Source: Pseudomonadota bacterium | GTDB taxonomy: Bacteria; Myxococcota_A; Polyangia; JAAYKL01 | Direction of reading: 5' to 3' | Assembly: GCA_023229365.1 (NCBI GenBank) | Contig: JALNZK010000002.1 | Coordinates: forward strand, 126,343-190,342 | DNA: 64,000 nucleotides | Part shown: positions 1-8,702 of the stretch, piece after piece | How positions within the stretch are numbered: the stretch's first letter is position 1 | How the letters are laid out: every line of letters begins with the position of its first letter | Notes under the pieces: model-generated | Seen by the model: the letters and a program-made list of their open reading frames with translations, nothing else | Database searches by the model: none | Told to the model about the DNA's origin: nothing | Program-made: the position numbers and the translations under genes

Positions 1-282
1 TGTTTGTTATAATGGTTGGCCTTAGTCCAATCTCTCTACAATATGATACCAATTGCAAAATGTCTGGATAGATGGTTGGCTCTCCACCAGTAATGTCTAC
101 AAATTTATTTTTGTATACAGACCTAAAAGTATGAGCATCCCTTTTGCAACAATCTAAAGAATACCACTCTTTAGGCACGGTTACATTATCTGCATAGTAG
201 CAAAATCTACATCTTAAATTACATTTAAACCCAATGTATAAAACGGCTCTTTTTGTGAATTTACTTTGTTCAATTTTAAGCA

Positions 283-1011
283 TTATAACATTTTCAATAA
301 TTTTAATCGCTTCCACAAATCAAACATTAATAATGAATATTTATGAAAACAACTGGGCATTTGCTGCATTTGCTCCGATTGTTCACAATCAAAATAACGA
401 TATGATTTAACCATAACATCTCTTACATCTGGTTGATTAAAATAACCAGACAAAGAGGATGGGTTGAAATTATGCACTGATAATATTTGCTCAAGATATG
501 TCTCTTCTGCTCGTGGGATATTGTCATTTGCCGAGCCATCATGCCCATACATATCCCAATTAGCAGGAGTTCTGAATGCGTAATTATTGCTTTGATAGTC
601 AAAAAGATAAGTCGGAAATGGATGTTTAGCCAATTGCACGGAATTGCCGTAAAAATAACGCAAATAATGCCACCTAATAAATCTTCCAAATTGTGCAGAT
701 TTTAAAACACAACAAATATTTGGATCAAACCAATCATCATCATCAATCGGTAAGATTAGATTATTTTCATCTCTCAATAAACCCTGCATTTTTGGATCAT
801 TTTCATAAACGACAAGATCGGCCTGAATGTCCGCTAAATTAACTTTCTGTATTTCGTGTAGTGCAATTCTAAATTCGTGATATGGTATATTGAACAAAGA
901 ATTCCATGTGTCAATGACTAATTCTGCTCTAAATACTTTTGTGTAAAAACTAGATGGAAAATATTGACGAGACCATACTTGATCCTGGCGAATTACTATT
1001 ATTATCTTCAT
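283..1011 (-). CDS. hypothetical protein, possibly glycosyltransferase-like (acidic DDDD patch); first gene of an overlapping 4-gene minus-strand operon
   Basis: 242-aa ORF whose stop overlaps the next gene start; no confident motif. Confidence 0.45.
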   Translation of the reverse strand: MKIIIVIRQDQVWSRQYFPSSFYTKVFRAELVIDTWNSLFNIPYHEFRIALHEIQKVNLADIQADLVVYENDPKMQGLLRDENNLILPIDDDDWFDPNICCVLKSAQFGRFIRWHYLRYFYGNSVQLAKHPFPTYLFDYQSNNYAFRTPANWDMYGHDGSANDNIPRAEETYLEQILSVHNFNPSSLSGYFNQPDVRDVMVKSYRYFDCEQSEQMQQMPSCFHKYSLLMFDLWKRLKLLKML

Positions 1012-1481
1012 GTATGACCCAATGTTGTGAAAACCTGTCCAAGGTAATTCACAACAAACTTCTCCATCCCTGGATATTTACTCTCTCTGTTCCCGGCTAT
1101 ATTTAGTGTTTCTATGTTGTGTTCCTTTATCCAATCCACAACCTCTTGCACAGGTCGTGGATTCTCCACATCCACATCAATGATTGGTTTTTCAAACCTG
1201 CTGCAAGATTGAGAAGTCAATATTTCACCCGCCGAGTCAAAATCAAATGCGAATCGTATTGTGCCATCGCCCATCTTGGCATTGGCGTGAGTTCTGGGCA
1301 CATAACTATCCGTATTGGTTTCCCAAAGCCCAAAACGTTCAATCAACTCTGGTTTTGTCCCAGCTTCTGTTTTACACCCTTTGGGACACCAACCACCAGT
1401 CTTTATCCCAAATTTCTCGGCGGCTATAAGCCCACCTAAATCCGCCCCCGTCTGGGCACCACTACAAACCATTTTTAACAT
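1008..1481 (-). CDS. SLOG-superfamily protein (YpsA / molybdenum-carrier-like)
   Basis: N-terminal SGAQTGADLGG...GGWCPKG and later GDGTIRF, IAGNRES resemble the MoCo-carrier/YpsA SLOG Rossmann motifs. Confidence 0.5.
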   Translation of the reverse strand: MLKMVCSGAQTGADLGGLIAAEKFGIKTGGWCPKGCKTEAGTKPELIERFGLWETNTDSYVPRTHANAKMGDGTIRFAFDFDSAGEILTSQSCSRFEKPIIDVDVENPRPVQEVVDWIKEHNIETLNIAGNRESKYPGMEKFVVNYLGQVFTTLGHT

Positions 1482-2002
1482 ACAATTACCTTATTCCTTT
1501 GCCAAAACTCTTCTACTGTGCCCTTTCCAGCCCATTCCCTCGCTGGGCCACCTGTAATAGCATTTGGATACACAAATGGCACCTTCATGGGACTTAACTC
1601 ATAACCAGAACTGGTAAGCCCTCTAATTTCCAATAATTTTTCAGCATTGGGATTGAAGTGCATCCCCAGTGCCCGAAATGCCCGGCGTACAGATACGTCC
1701 TGAATATGCCTCGGCACAGCCTTTGTGTCATGATTGCATCCAGAAACTACATTCGATGGATCATTGTCATAACAGTCTCTGTATTGGCTGGCCATGCCAT
1801 GAAAAATACTATATTTATCTTCCTTTATATACAGCAAATAAGAAACATCATACAAAAGAACAGCCTCATTAAATGTAAGAATTTCATCATAAAACTCCCA
1901 ACATTCTTGCCAGTTTCCCTCGCCACAATAAGCATCAAACATTTTCTCCCACTTTGTCCGATCCTTGCCAAAATATCCTGGCTTGGCTATGATTTCCATC
2001 AT
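1475..2002 (-). CDS. hypothetical protein
   Basis: 175-aa ORF translationally coupled to both neighbours. Confidence 0.45.
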   Translation of the reverse strand: MMEIIAKPGYFGKDRTKWEKMFDAYCGEGNWQECWEFYDEILTFNEAVLLYDVSYLLYIKEDKYSIFHGMASQYRDCYDNDPSNVVSGCNHDTKAVPRHIQDVSVRRAFRALGMHFNPNAEKLLEIRGLTSSGYELSPMKVPFVYPNAITGGPAREWAGKGTVEEFWQRNKVIVC

Positions 2003-3012
2003 CAGTCCTCATTTTTCTTGGGAATAAACCCAAATCCATCACTCTCGTCAGATTTGGGACGCTCTTCAATCATAATTCTCAATGTTTCCACGGCATCCTT
2101 GTATTCTTCTCCTAAAATGCACACCCCAATAAACAACTCTTTCAAATGTGCAATAGAAAAACCACTCGTATCCTTTGTCCATTTGGCAATATCAATTTTA
2201 ATGGTGGGGTTTTGTTTCGCTAAATGCTCGAAATACAATTGTCTGCATTTCTTATTGGGATTGGGCATCATAAATCTTCTGTCAAATCTGGAAGGACGAT
2301 TGATAATTCGATCCCCCAATTTCTCTGGATAGTTCGTGGTTGCTAAAAAAACCACCCGTTCAATTTTCTCAACACCATCCAAAATATTGAGCACCTCCGA
2401 CTCTCCGTACTCTTCCAACAAGGAATCAATGTCTTCCATCAATACCACAATCTTTGTGTCAGGCTGCACTTCTCTGAATAATCGCACCCCCTCCAAAAAC
2501 ATATGAGGCACAGAATTAAACTTGAACACAACGCCGCCACGTTCAATTACATCGGCCATAACGATCTGAATGGTACAACTCTTGCCAGAACCCGCTGGAC
2601 CCCACAGAATCAATCCACGGCGATAGGTGAGCCCAAAATCGGCATAGGTTTGCTCTTTTGTCCAGAAGTTCTGAATCTCTGCCACAACCTTTGCGGATTC
2701 GCTATCAGGAAACCGTAATAACCCTTCTGTTTTTACCTGCACCTTCTCAAAATAATATCCCTTGGTGTTAGAAAATTTAATTTCATAAACACCTGGACAT
2801 AGCAAAGGAAATGTCTTTCCAGCAGGAAAGAAACGAGTACCATCAGATGTGGTCCATTGTGTCATACGTCCAAATTTTTCTTCTTCTTCATCCATTATAG
2901 CATAGGGGTTTTGAGAATTTCTGGGCATCTTGGTCATAATAGCCCCCAAATTGATGGTGCTACCTTTTTTTTCCAAAATATCATTTAATATTCGCTGACT
3001 CTCAACTGACAT
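2002..3012 (-). CDS. AAA+ ATPase
   Basis: Walker A ILWGPAGSGKSC and Walker B VVLMEDID. Confidence 0.7.
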   Translation of the reverse strand: MSVESQRILNDILEKKGSTINLGAIMTKMPRNSQNPYAIMDEEEEKFGRMTQWTTSDGTRFFPAGKTFPLLCPGVYEIKFSNTKGYYFEKVQVKTEGLLRFPDSESAKVVAEIQNFWTKEQTYADFGLTYRRGLILWGPAGSGKSCTIQIVMADVIERGGVVFKFNSVPHMFLEGVRLFREVQPDTKIVVLMEDIDSLLEEYGESEVLNILDGVEKIERVVFLATTNYPEKLGDRIINRPSRFDRRFMMPNPNKKCRQLYFEHLAKQNPTIKIDIAKWTKDTSGFSIAHLKELFIGVCILGEEYKDAVETLRIMIEERPKSDESDGFGFIPKKNED

Positions 3013-3104
3013 CCTTTATCTCCTTGTTGAAGTTAAAATTCTACAGAGTTATTATAAAAGAAATGATTGATAATGTCCATATATAAAATCTGAGGTATTT
3101 AAAA

Positions 3105-3464
3105 ATGAAAACTTTTCAACAATTTATGGAAATGGCTAGAGTGGCAGCCATAAAACCAGCTATCAAGTCGCAAATGAATCGAGAGATCAATGCAATTGCC
3201 AAAGGGTTTCATGATAAAATACCCCTCTCGCCAATCTTTGCCGTTCTGGAAAAACTGGGCTACCAAGCCGTGCAAGAAGATGGCACCCCGTGGTCGGGAA
3301 TGCTGGTCGGCGGGGGAGAGTGCGGCAGCGAACAATCTAGAAGCCAAGTGGCCAACATTGACATTGTTCGCAAAGAAGATAATACCCCAATGAACAATGC
3401 CCTCTACCTATCCTGGTGTAAAATGCCATCAGGCCGATATGAAGTCGTTGCATACATTAGTTAA
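3105..3464 (+). CDS. small internal-protein-like polypeptide with a CTS-like N-terminus (MKTFQQFMEMARVAA)
   Basis: N-terminus closely resembles the T4 IPIII capsid-targeting sequence MKTYQEFIAE as I recall it; GAGGT ribosome-binding site upstream. Confidence 0.6.
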   Translation: MKTFQQFMEMARVAAIKPAIKSQMNREINAIAKGFHDKIPLSPIFAVLEKLGYQAVQEDGTPWSGMLVGGGECGSEQSRSQVANIDIVRKEDNTPMNNALYLSWCKMPSGRYEVVAYIS

Positions 3465-3465
3465 T

Positions 3466-3501
3466 AAAAAAAGCCCCGCTCATCCGAAAATGAGCGGGGC
3501 T
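3466..3501. terminator. bidirectional rho-independent terminator between convergent genes
   Basis: GCCCCGCTCAT-loop-ATGAGCGGGGC hairpin; T-run on the minus strand. Confidence 0.6.
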
Positions 3502-3524
3502 TGCCTTCGGCACCGACCCAGACG

Positions 3525-4868
3525 CTATTTCTTTTTAGTAGGCTGAACCATATTCGGGTCCAACGACAAATCCTTAGCGGTCTTCGCTGTCAACAGGGCG
3601 ATCAAATCAGAAGCTCCATTTTGTGCTCCTGCGGTGCCAGTTGCTCCATTTCCCATAACAATCGACGGCACCCAACTTCCCTCATGCTTCGCAATAGCTT
3701 CGGCATAAGCCTTGTTGATTTCAACCCAAGCGGCCAATTTCTTTTCCAAAGCACCGTCAGCCTCCATCACCAATGTGCGACGTTTGGCTTCACCTTCACC
3801 CAAGGCAATTTGCTCTTTCTTTGTCATTTCGGCTGCTTGTGCTGCCAACTCGGCCACCTTCAATTCCTGGGCAGCCTTGGTTTCGGCCACGGACTTTTCC
3901 TGCTTCGCCTTAGTTTCAGCCACAGTCTTGTCCTGGTCAGCCTTGGCAACTTCCTTAGCGGCAACTGTCTTTTGCTCCCACTCAGCCTTGGCAGCATTAG
4001 CTTCACCTTGCTTCTTGGTTGTAATACATTCCTGCTCGGCTTGTTTCGCAGTAGCCATAGCGATCTGAACTTGCATAGTCAGTTTTTGCTGCTGGCTAAT
4101 TTGTTCTTCAACCTGCGGATCGTATGCAACTTCATTGATACTAAGATTAAAAACCTTAATCCCAAATTGCTTCAAAGGACTTTCTTCTGCTCTCTTTGGC
4201 TTTCCGTCCTTATCAGTAACTAACTCAACTTTGGCAATTGTCTTAATAGCACCTGTAAGAGGGTCAGTTGCCTGCTCTTGAGTAGTCTTGGTAAGATAAA
4301 CACCATTCTGGATTTGATCCTCAATCAAATTAAGCAATTCATTCCGGCGTTCGGCATAAGATTCCTTTGAACTCATGGTCGGGCCAGTCATATAAATTGA
4401 CTTCTCGATGATTGTGCGAATCAATTGCTGTTCGACCGCCAAATGGCTTCCATATTGCTGATGAATACGTGTTAGATGCTCTTCATCCAATGGCATCTCC
4501 CAACTAATACCGCCTGACAGTTGGGCATGCCCACCGTCATTGAATCGGATTTTGATAGAGTTGTCTGCGGCAGCAGCCCCTTGGTCATTCTTGGCAGAGA
4601 ACCAAAACTGTGACCGTCTATCATAGCAAGTTACTTTGCCGAATCCTTGATACTTCACGCCCTGTGATGTGTACCAATCTAGTTGGCCTTTGACCGGGCT
4701 CTGAATTACCATAAGTTGTTTGGCGTCCAAGTTCTCAAAAAATCCAAACAAACTAAAACACACAACAACACACAAAATCACAGAAACCAACAACAACAAC
4801 ACTTTTCTCGGGTCCATTGAGTTCTCTCCTTGATACGAGGGTTCAGAATAAACACTACTACGCTTCAT
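3525..4868 (-). CDS. SPFH/flotillin-like membrane protein (YqiK/FloT-like)
   Basis: N-terminal TM helix, SPFH-like core, C-terminal EA/KA-rich coiled-coil repeats (VAETKAKQE...). Confidence 0.6.
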   Translation of the reverse strand: MKRSSVYSEPSYQGENSMDPRKVLLLLVSVILCVVVCFSLFGFFENLDAKQLMVIQSPVKGQLDWYTSQGVKYQGFGKVTCYDRRSQFWFSAKNDQGAAAADNSIKIRFNDGGHAQLSGGISWEMPLDEEHLTRIHQQYGSHLAVEQQLIRTIIEKSIYMTGPTMSSKESYAERRNELLNLIEDQIQNGVYLTKTTQEQATDPLTGAIKTIAKVELVTDKDGKPKRAEESPLKQFGIKVFNLSINEVAYDPQVEEQISQQQKLTMQVQIAMATAKQAEQECITTKKQGEANAAKAEWEQKTVAAKEVAKADQDKTVAETKAKQEKSVAETKAAQELKVAELAAQAAEMTKKEQIALGEGEAKRRTLVMEADGALEKKLAAWVEINKAYAEAIAKHEGSWVPSIVMGNGATGTAGAQNGASDLIALLTAKTAKDLSLDPNMVQPTKKK

Positions 4869-5104
4869 TTCATTTGCCTTTCTTCAATTTCTATTTCTGC
4901 TTGCAATGCTTTCAATTGTCTTTTCTTTTTTGCCAAATCCACCTCCTCTTTGGCTGATGCTAATGCGGCATCAACTGTTTTGTTTTTCCGCTTAAAAATA
5001 GGAAAAGTTGGTCGGCCCAAAAGAATAGGAGCGATTACTTGGGTTATGGTAAACCCAACTATCAACACCACAATAATAAACTGGACAGCTTCTAAAAAGA
5101 CCAT
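4865..5104 (-). CDS. NfeD/YqiJ-like small membrane protein, partner of the flotillin
   Basis: 79 aa with TM helix then a charged coiled tail; overlaps the flotillin start; mirrors yqiJ-yqiK / nfeD-floT operons. Confidence 0.45.
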   Translation of the reverse strand: MVFLEAVQFIIVVLIVGFTITQVIAPILLGRPTFPIFKRKNKTVDAALASAKEEVDLAKKKRQLKALQAEIEIEERQMK

Positions 5105-5162
5105 ATATTACCCTCCATTGATTCCAAAGATTATAACCAATTTAGGATTTCTTTGCAAGATA

Positions 5163-5195
5163 AAAACCCGGCTGCACTTGCGTGCAACCGGGCTC
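5163..5195 (-). terminator. rho-independent terminator downstream of the 5210..5638 gene
   Basis: CCCGGCTGCAC/GTGCAACCGGG hairpin followed by a T-run on the minus strand. Confidence 0.5.
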
Positions 5196-5209
5196 GAAAG
5201 GAGACGCCG

Positions 5210-5638
5210 TTATTTTTCATCTAAAGAACGCAATGCTGTAGTAAGAAGGAACAAATCTATTCTGTCATCCTGAGACCAACCAGCATCGCCCGCACCACAT
5301 ACGCAAACAAATTGCTCGGCAGTTGCAGCGGCAATAATATCTGCTTTTTCCTCTTCTGATAGTTTTCTCACGCAAAAAACATCATGCATATCAAGTCTGC
5401 AACATGCACACAGAGTTTGCAAAAGCCTTGAGTTAAATTCCCCATCCTCAAATTCAACTTGATGAATTATTTTGGATAGAATTCCTTTTGGCAACCCAAT
5501 ATGTTCTTCTAGTGTCGCCAATTCAACATCTTCTTTGGCTCGCTTGCGAAAAGACTCTGCAACACCTTCGCAGATTCTTTTTTTTACTCCAGGCATACCG
5601 CCGTCAAAATATTCCCAAACGCATTTTTCATCAAACAT
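5210..5638 (-). CDS. hypothetical protein
   Basis: 142-aa ORF. Confidence 0.45.
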   Translation of the reverse strand: MFDEKCVWEYFDGGMPGVKKRICEGVAESFRKRAKEDVELATLEEHIGLPKGILSKIIHQVEFEDGEFNSRLLQTLCACCRLDMHDVFCVRKLSEEEKADIIAAATAEQFVCVCGAGDAGWSQDDRIDLFLLTTALRSLDEK

Positions 5639-5640
5639 GG

Positions 5641-6174
5641 TTAAACTTTCGGCAAAATTCTTGCCTTGATGTCTGCGATGATTTTTTCTTTGTCATAATC
5701 AGGGGCATCTTCGTGGGATGTGTGACCTGGACCGTATAATTTATTCAGGTTCTTTACGTCATCATCTTCGGCATCTGGATTATCCCAATCTTGATCTGCA
5801 TTGCCGTATGCTTGCTTTGTGTCTGTATTCCACGGATTGCCATCTGTAGGAATATAGGCTCGTAATTTTTTGCCATCCCAGTAGACCACAAAGAAGACTG
5901 GTATTTCCCAATCGCCGCCAGCACTGACACCAAAAAAAGTCATGCCGTTGTCTAATGTGTTGTAACCAAGCAATCCCTCTAATTCATAACAACAATTGCT
6001 GGTATCTGTGGTTACATTTTCAAAATCGAATTCGACCTTGAAATCACTTCGCACAAAATTGTAATCATACACATTACGTTGGGATGCACCGATTTTCCCA
6101 GCCAATTCAACAGCTTCAATAGGGGCAAAAAATCTTGGCATTTTTATTTCCTGTGTTCTACAACAGCTTGGCAA
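5641..6174 (-). CDS. hypothetical protein
   Basis: 177-aa ORF, acidic C-terminus. Confidence 0.45.
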   Translation of the reverse strand: MPSCCRTQEIKMPRFFAPIEAVELAGKIGASQRNVYDYNFVRSDFKVEFDFENVTTDTSNCCYELEGLLGYNTLDNGMTFFGVSAGGDWEIPVFFVVYWDGKKLRAYIPTDGNPWNTDTKQAYGNADQDWDNPDAEDDDVKNLNKLYGPGHTSHEDAPDYDKEKIIADIKARILPKV

Positions 6175-6741
6175 AACTTAAACACATCTTCGCCAGACCA
6201 TCCGTTTTTCGCATATTGTGCCATCAATGACACAAATTGAATATTAGTGGAGGTGCTGGGAATCGCACCCAGGTCACGCACGGCACGCCAATGAGTTTCT
6301 ACATGTGTATCTTGCCGTTTATGTCGTCTGTATAAGCCACAGCAAGCAAAGGCTCATACGACCTATCGGCGTTATCTTAGTTCAATTTACGCCATCTACA
6401 TTGAACGCAGCCAAATTTTTGACGGGTTTTTGGACGCCTTGGCGAGCTTCCTCAACCCGTGGCCACTCACGCAGCCAGTGCAACGTAATCGTTAGCAACT
6501 AAATTTTTGACCAACTTTTTTACATGGCCTGTTGGTCAGCCATGACATGCAACTCAAGGGCTAAAACCGTCGTTCGATTCTATTCACCCCCGTTTCGGCT
6601 TTTTGCCATCCACACACAGTTTACGAAGAAGCCGAAAACTCCCTCACTGTCTTTCAAACGCATGAATGGGGCCTGTACGCTAAGCTTTCGCTTCGGTCAG
6701 GTAACGCCATTATACTTCAGAAACTTAGTTTGTAAACCCCA

Positions 6742-7125
6742 TTAGCTCCAACCATTCTCTTCACTCCATCCGGGGGGATCATAATAAGGCTTTGGCTCCC
6801 ACATCAAATCATGCTCTGTTTTTTCGAATTTCACATTGTATTTACGAACAACGGCGTCAAAGTCCAAATTCTTCAATATCTCCCACCACTTTTTCCACTC
6901 TCTGGCATCCTCTGGAGAGATTGGACCACCACGCACCGCATACAAGGTTTTTTTTATCAAAGAACTATCGTGCAAAAATTCGGCTGAACAAGTAAGCATG
7001 GCATCCCTCGCACCCTTTTGAGGGGAGGCAGGGCCATAAACACATTTAGAATATGGAATGAGCCCCAAATCAAATGCTTCTTGAACAGTCATTCGAGCAC
7101 AACCAGATTGTTTATCAAACCACAT
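6742..7125 (-). CDS. hypothetical protein
   Basis: 127-aa ORF. Confidence 0.4.
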   Translation of the reverse strand: MWFDKQSGCARMTVQEAFDLGLIPYSKCVYGPASPQKGARDAMLTCSAEFLHDSSLIKKTLYAVRGGPISPEDAREWKKWWEILKNLDFDAVVRKYNVKFEKTEHDLMWEPKPYYDPPGWSEENGWS

Positions 7126-7157
7126 GTTATTTACTCCTATATTGCTATACGAACATC

Positions 7158-7421
7158 ATGAATAAAAAGAGTAAAAAACACCTGGATAAAAAATGCTGTT
7201 TCTGTGGGGAAACTGATTATTCTACATTAGATGTCCACCGCATCCTCCCCGGCAGCGATGGTGGAAAATACACAGAATCTAACACCATCACTTGCTGCTG
7301 CAAGTGTCATAGAAGAATTCATGCAAAAGAAATTTCCATATTAGGAAAAAGATTCTGCACAAATGGTCGATACTTGGTACATTTTATAGAGGGTGCAAAA
7401 GAACAGTTTAGAGAAATCTAG
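7158..7421 (+). CDS. HNH endonuclease
   Basis: CCFCG...DVHRILPGSDGG...N...CCCKCHRRIH HNH/zinc motif; start moved to the internal ATG at 7158. Confidence 0.7.
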   Translation: MNKKSKKHLDKKCCFCGETDYSTLDVHRILPGSDGGKYTESNTITCCCKCHRRIHAKEISILGKRFCTNGRYLVHFIEGAKEQFREI

Positions 7422-7621
7422 CCACCCTTAAAGGCTTCCCCCAAGCCGTAGAGAAATGCACCAATCAATCCCATCCAATACCCCAAAGCAGGAAGTAGAA
7501 AAACTGCAATCATTTTCCAAATACTCGGGTCTGGTTTGGCTCCCATAATCAGGGCAAACAACATTCCAACACCACCCACAAGGGCCAAAAAAAATCCGAT
7601 TAAAACATAAACCCAGAACAT
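7418..7621 (-). CDS. small membrane protein
   Basis: 67 aa, two hydrophobic helices. Confidence 0.4.
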   Translation of the reverse strand: MFWVYVLIGFFLALVGGVGMLFALIMGAKPDPSIWKMIAVFLLPALGYWMGLIGAFLYGLGEAFKGG

Positions 7622-7630
7622 GTAGCCTCC

Positions 7631-8458
7631 TTAAATATATGCTGCAAATTTCCCTCGAACTGCTGCCTGAACCACATCGGGTTTCACCCCCTTAGCCAGC
7701 AAATACTTTGCAAACTCCTCTGGGGTGTTTGGCTCTACTGGTTTAGTACGTAAACTTTTACGCATCTTCTCTTCTGCCACGTTCATAAGAATCTCCAAAA
7801 AACTCTTCCCTGATTCTATATCCAACCCCGATCCTCGACCCATTAGGTCCATCAATTTGAAAACAATCCATATTTTAATCTTGCGATCTGGGGCGAATTT
7901 GCCATCAATTCCAATTGATGCCTTAATGTGTCTACTAAGTCCCTTCTCACTAAACTCCATATGTTTTGGAACTACAAACCACACAATTTCCTTATCTTCT
8001 GGTGATAGGTTGTCCAGAATAGACTGCCACTTATTGCCTAATTTTTTTATTTGCGGCTCATAATGCTCTGGGTCTTCGTGAGCATGGGCTGTCCATTTCC
8101 CTGGTCCGAAGTCAGGTGACATCATCTGTTTTACAGTGTGCCCAGGAAAATCAGACAACGGTTTGATGGTATTATCGGGATATTTGTAGCCTGCGGTGGA
8201 GGCTTTGCCCACATCATGCAGCCAAGCAAGTATCCTCAAAAGCATTATATCCCCATCGCTGACCGATGGCAAGTTTGAAAAAGCCTCTTCTCCCCTAGCT
8301 TTCTCAAACATTTTCACAGCTACAGGCAGAGCTTTTCTAACAAGCCTTGTGTGTAAAAACACAGACCCCTCTGGGTGCCATTGTGCGGACTGTGGCACAT
8401 TTTTCAAAATATCCCGTAAGCTGCTCATTTCTAACCAATTTTTGAATTCCATTAACAT
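7631..8458 (-). CDS. HD-domain phosphohydrolase (CCA-enzyme-type HD) with a CTS-like N-terminus (MLMEFKNWLEM)
   Basis: H...LHT and AWLHDVGK HD motifs; N-terminal MEFKNWLE. Confidence 0.6.
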   Translation of the reverse strand: MLMEFKNWLEMSSLRDILKNVPQSAQWHPEGSVFLHTRLVRKALPVAVKMFEKARGEEAFSNLPSVSDGDIMLLRILAWLHDVGKASTAGYKYPDNTIKPLSDFPGHTVKQMMSPDFGPGKWTAHAHEDPEHYEPQIKKLGNKWQSILDNLSPEDKEIVWFVVPKHMEFSEKGLSRHIKASIGIDGKFAPDRKIKIWIVFKLMDLMGRGSGLDIESGKSFLEILMNVAEEKMRKSLRTKPVEPNTPEEFAKYLLAKGVKPDVVQAAVRGKFAAYI

Positions 8459-8512
8459 ATCTATTGTAGAAAATTATAGTTTCTACACTAAATACAGACA
8501 AGAGGTAAAATT

Positions 8513-8701
8513 ATGGCCTTTCAATTAGACAAAGAGAATGCGATGATTGCAGGCGTATGCAGTGGACTTGCCAAGGATTTTAGCTGTGACCCATTTATTA
8601 TCAGGATATTATTTATAATATTCTTTTTAGCTGGCGGTAGCGGAATACTCCTTTACCTCATCCTTTGGCTTCTAATGGCGTTAAATACACAAGGAAAATA
8701 A
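8513..8701 (+). CDS. PspC-domain small membrane protein
   Basis: IAGVCSGLA...D....R..F...G.G...Y...W pattern plus a TM helix. Confidence 0.55.
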   Translation: MAFQLDKENAMIAGVCSGLAKDFSCDPFIIRILFIIFFLAGGSGILLYLILWLLMALNTQGK

Positions 8702-8702
8702 T

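Noticed and set aside
1658-2332. 224-aa plus-strand ORF
   Set aside because: Antisense to the coupled minus-strand operon (1475..3012), with a low-complexity translation.
3501-4223. 240-aa plus-strand ORF (and the nested 3712..4068 ORF) antisense to the flotillin gene
   Set aside because: Low-complexity L/S/C-rich translation, a mirror image of the coiled-coil codons. It is fully contained in a well-supported minus-strand gene.
6195-6300. tRNA-like hairpins (CTGGG-AATCGCA-CCCAG, GTTCGATTC) in the GC-rich ORF-free segment
   Set aside because: I could not assemble a cloverleaf with acceptor, D and anticodon arms in either orientation. It is kept only as a generic possible-ncRNA finding.
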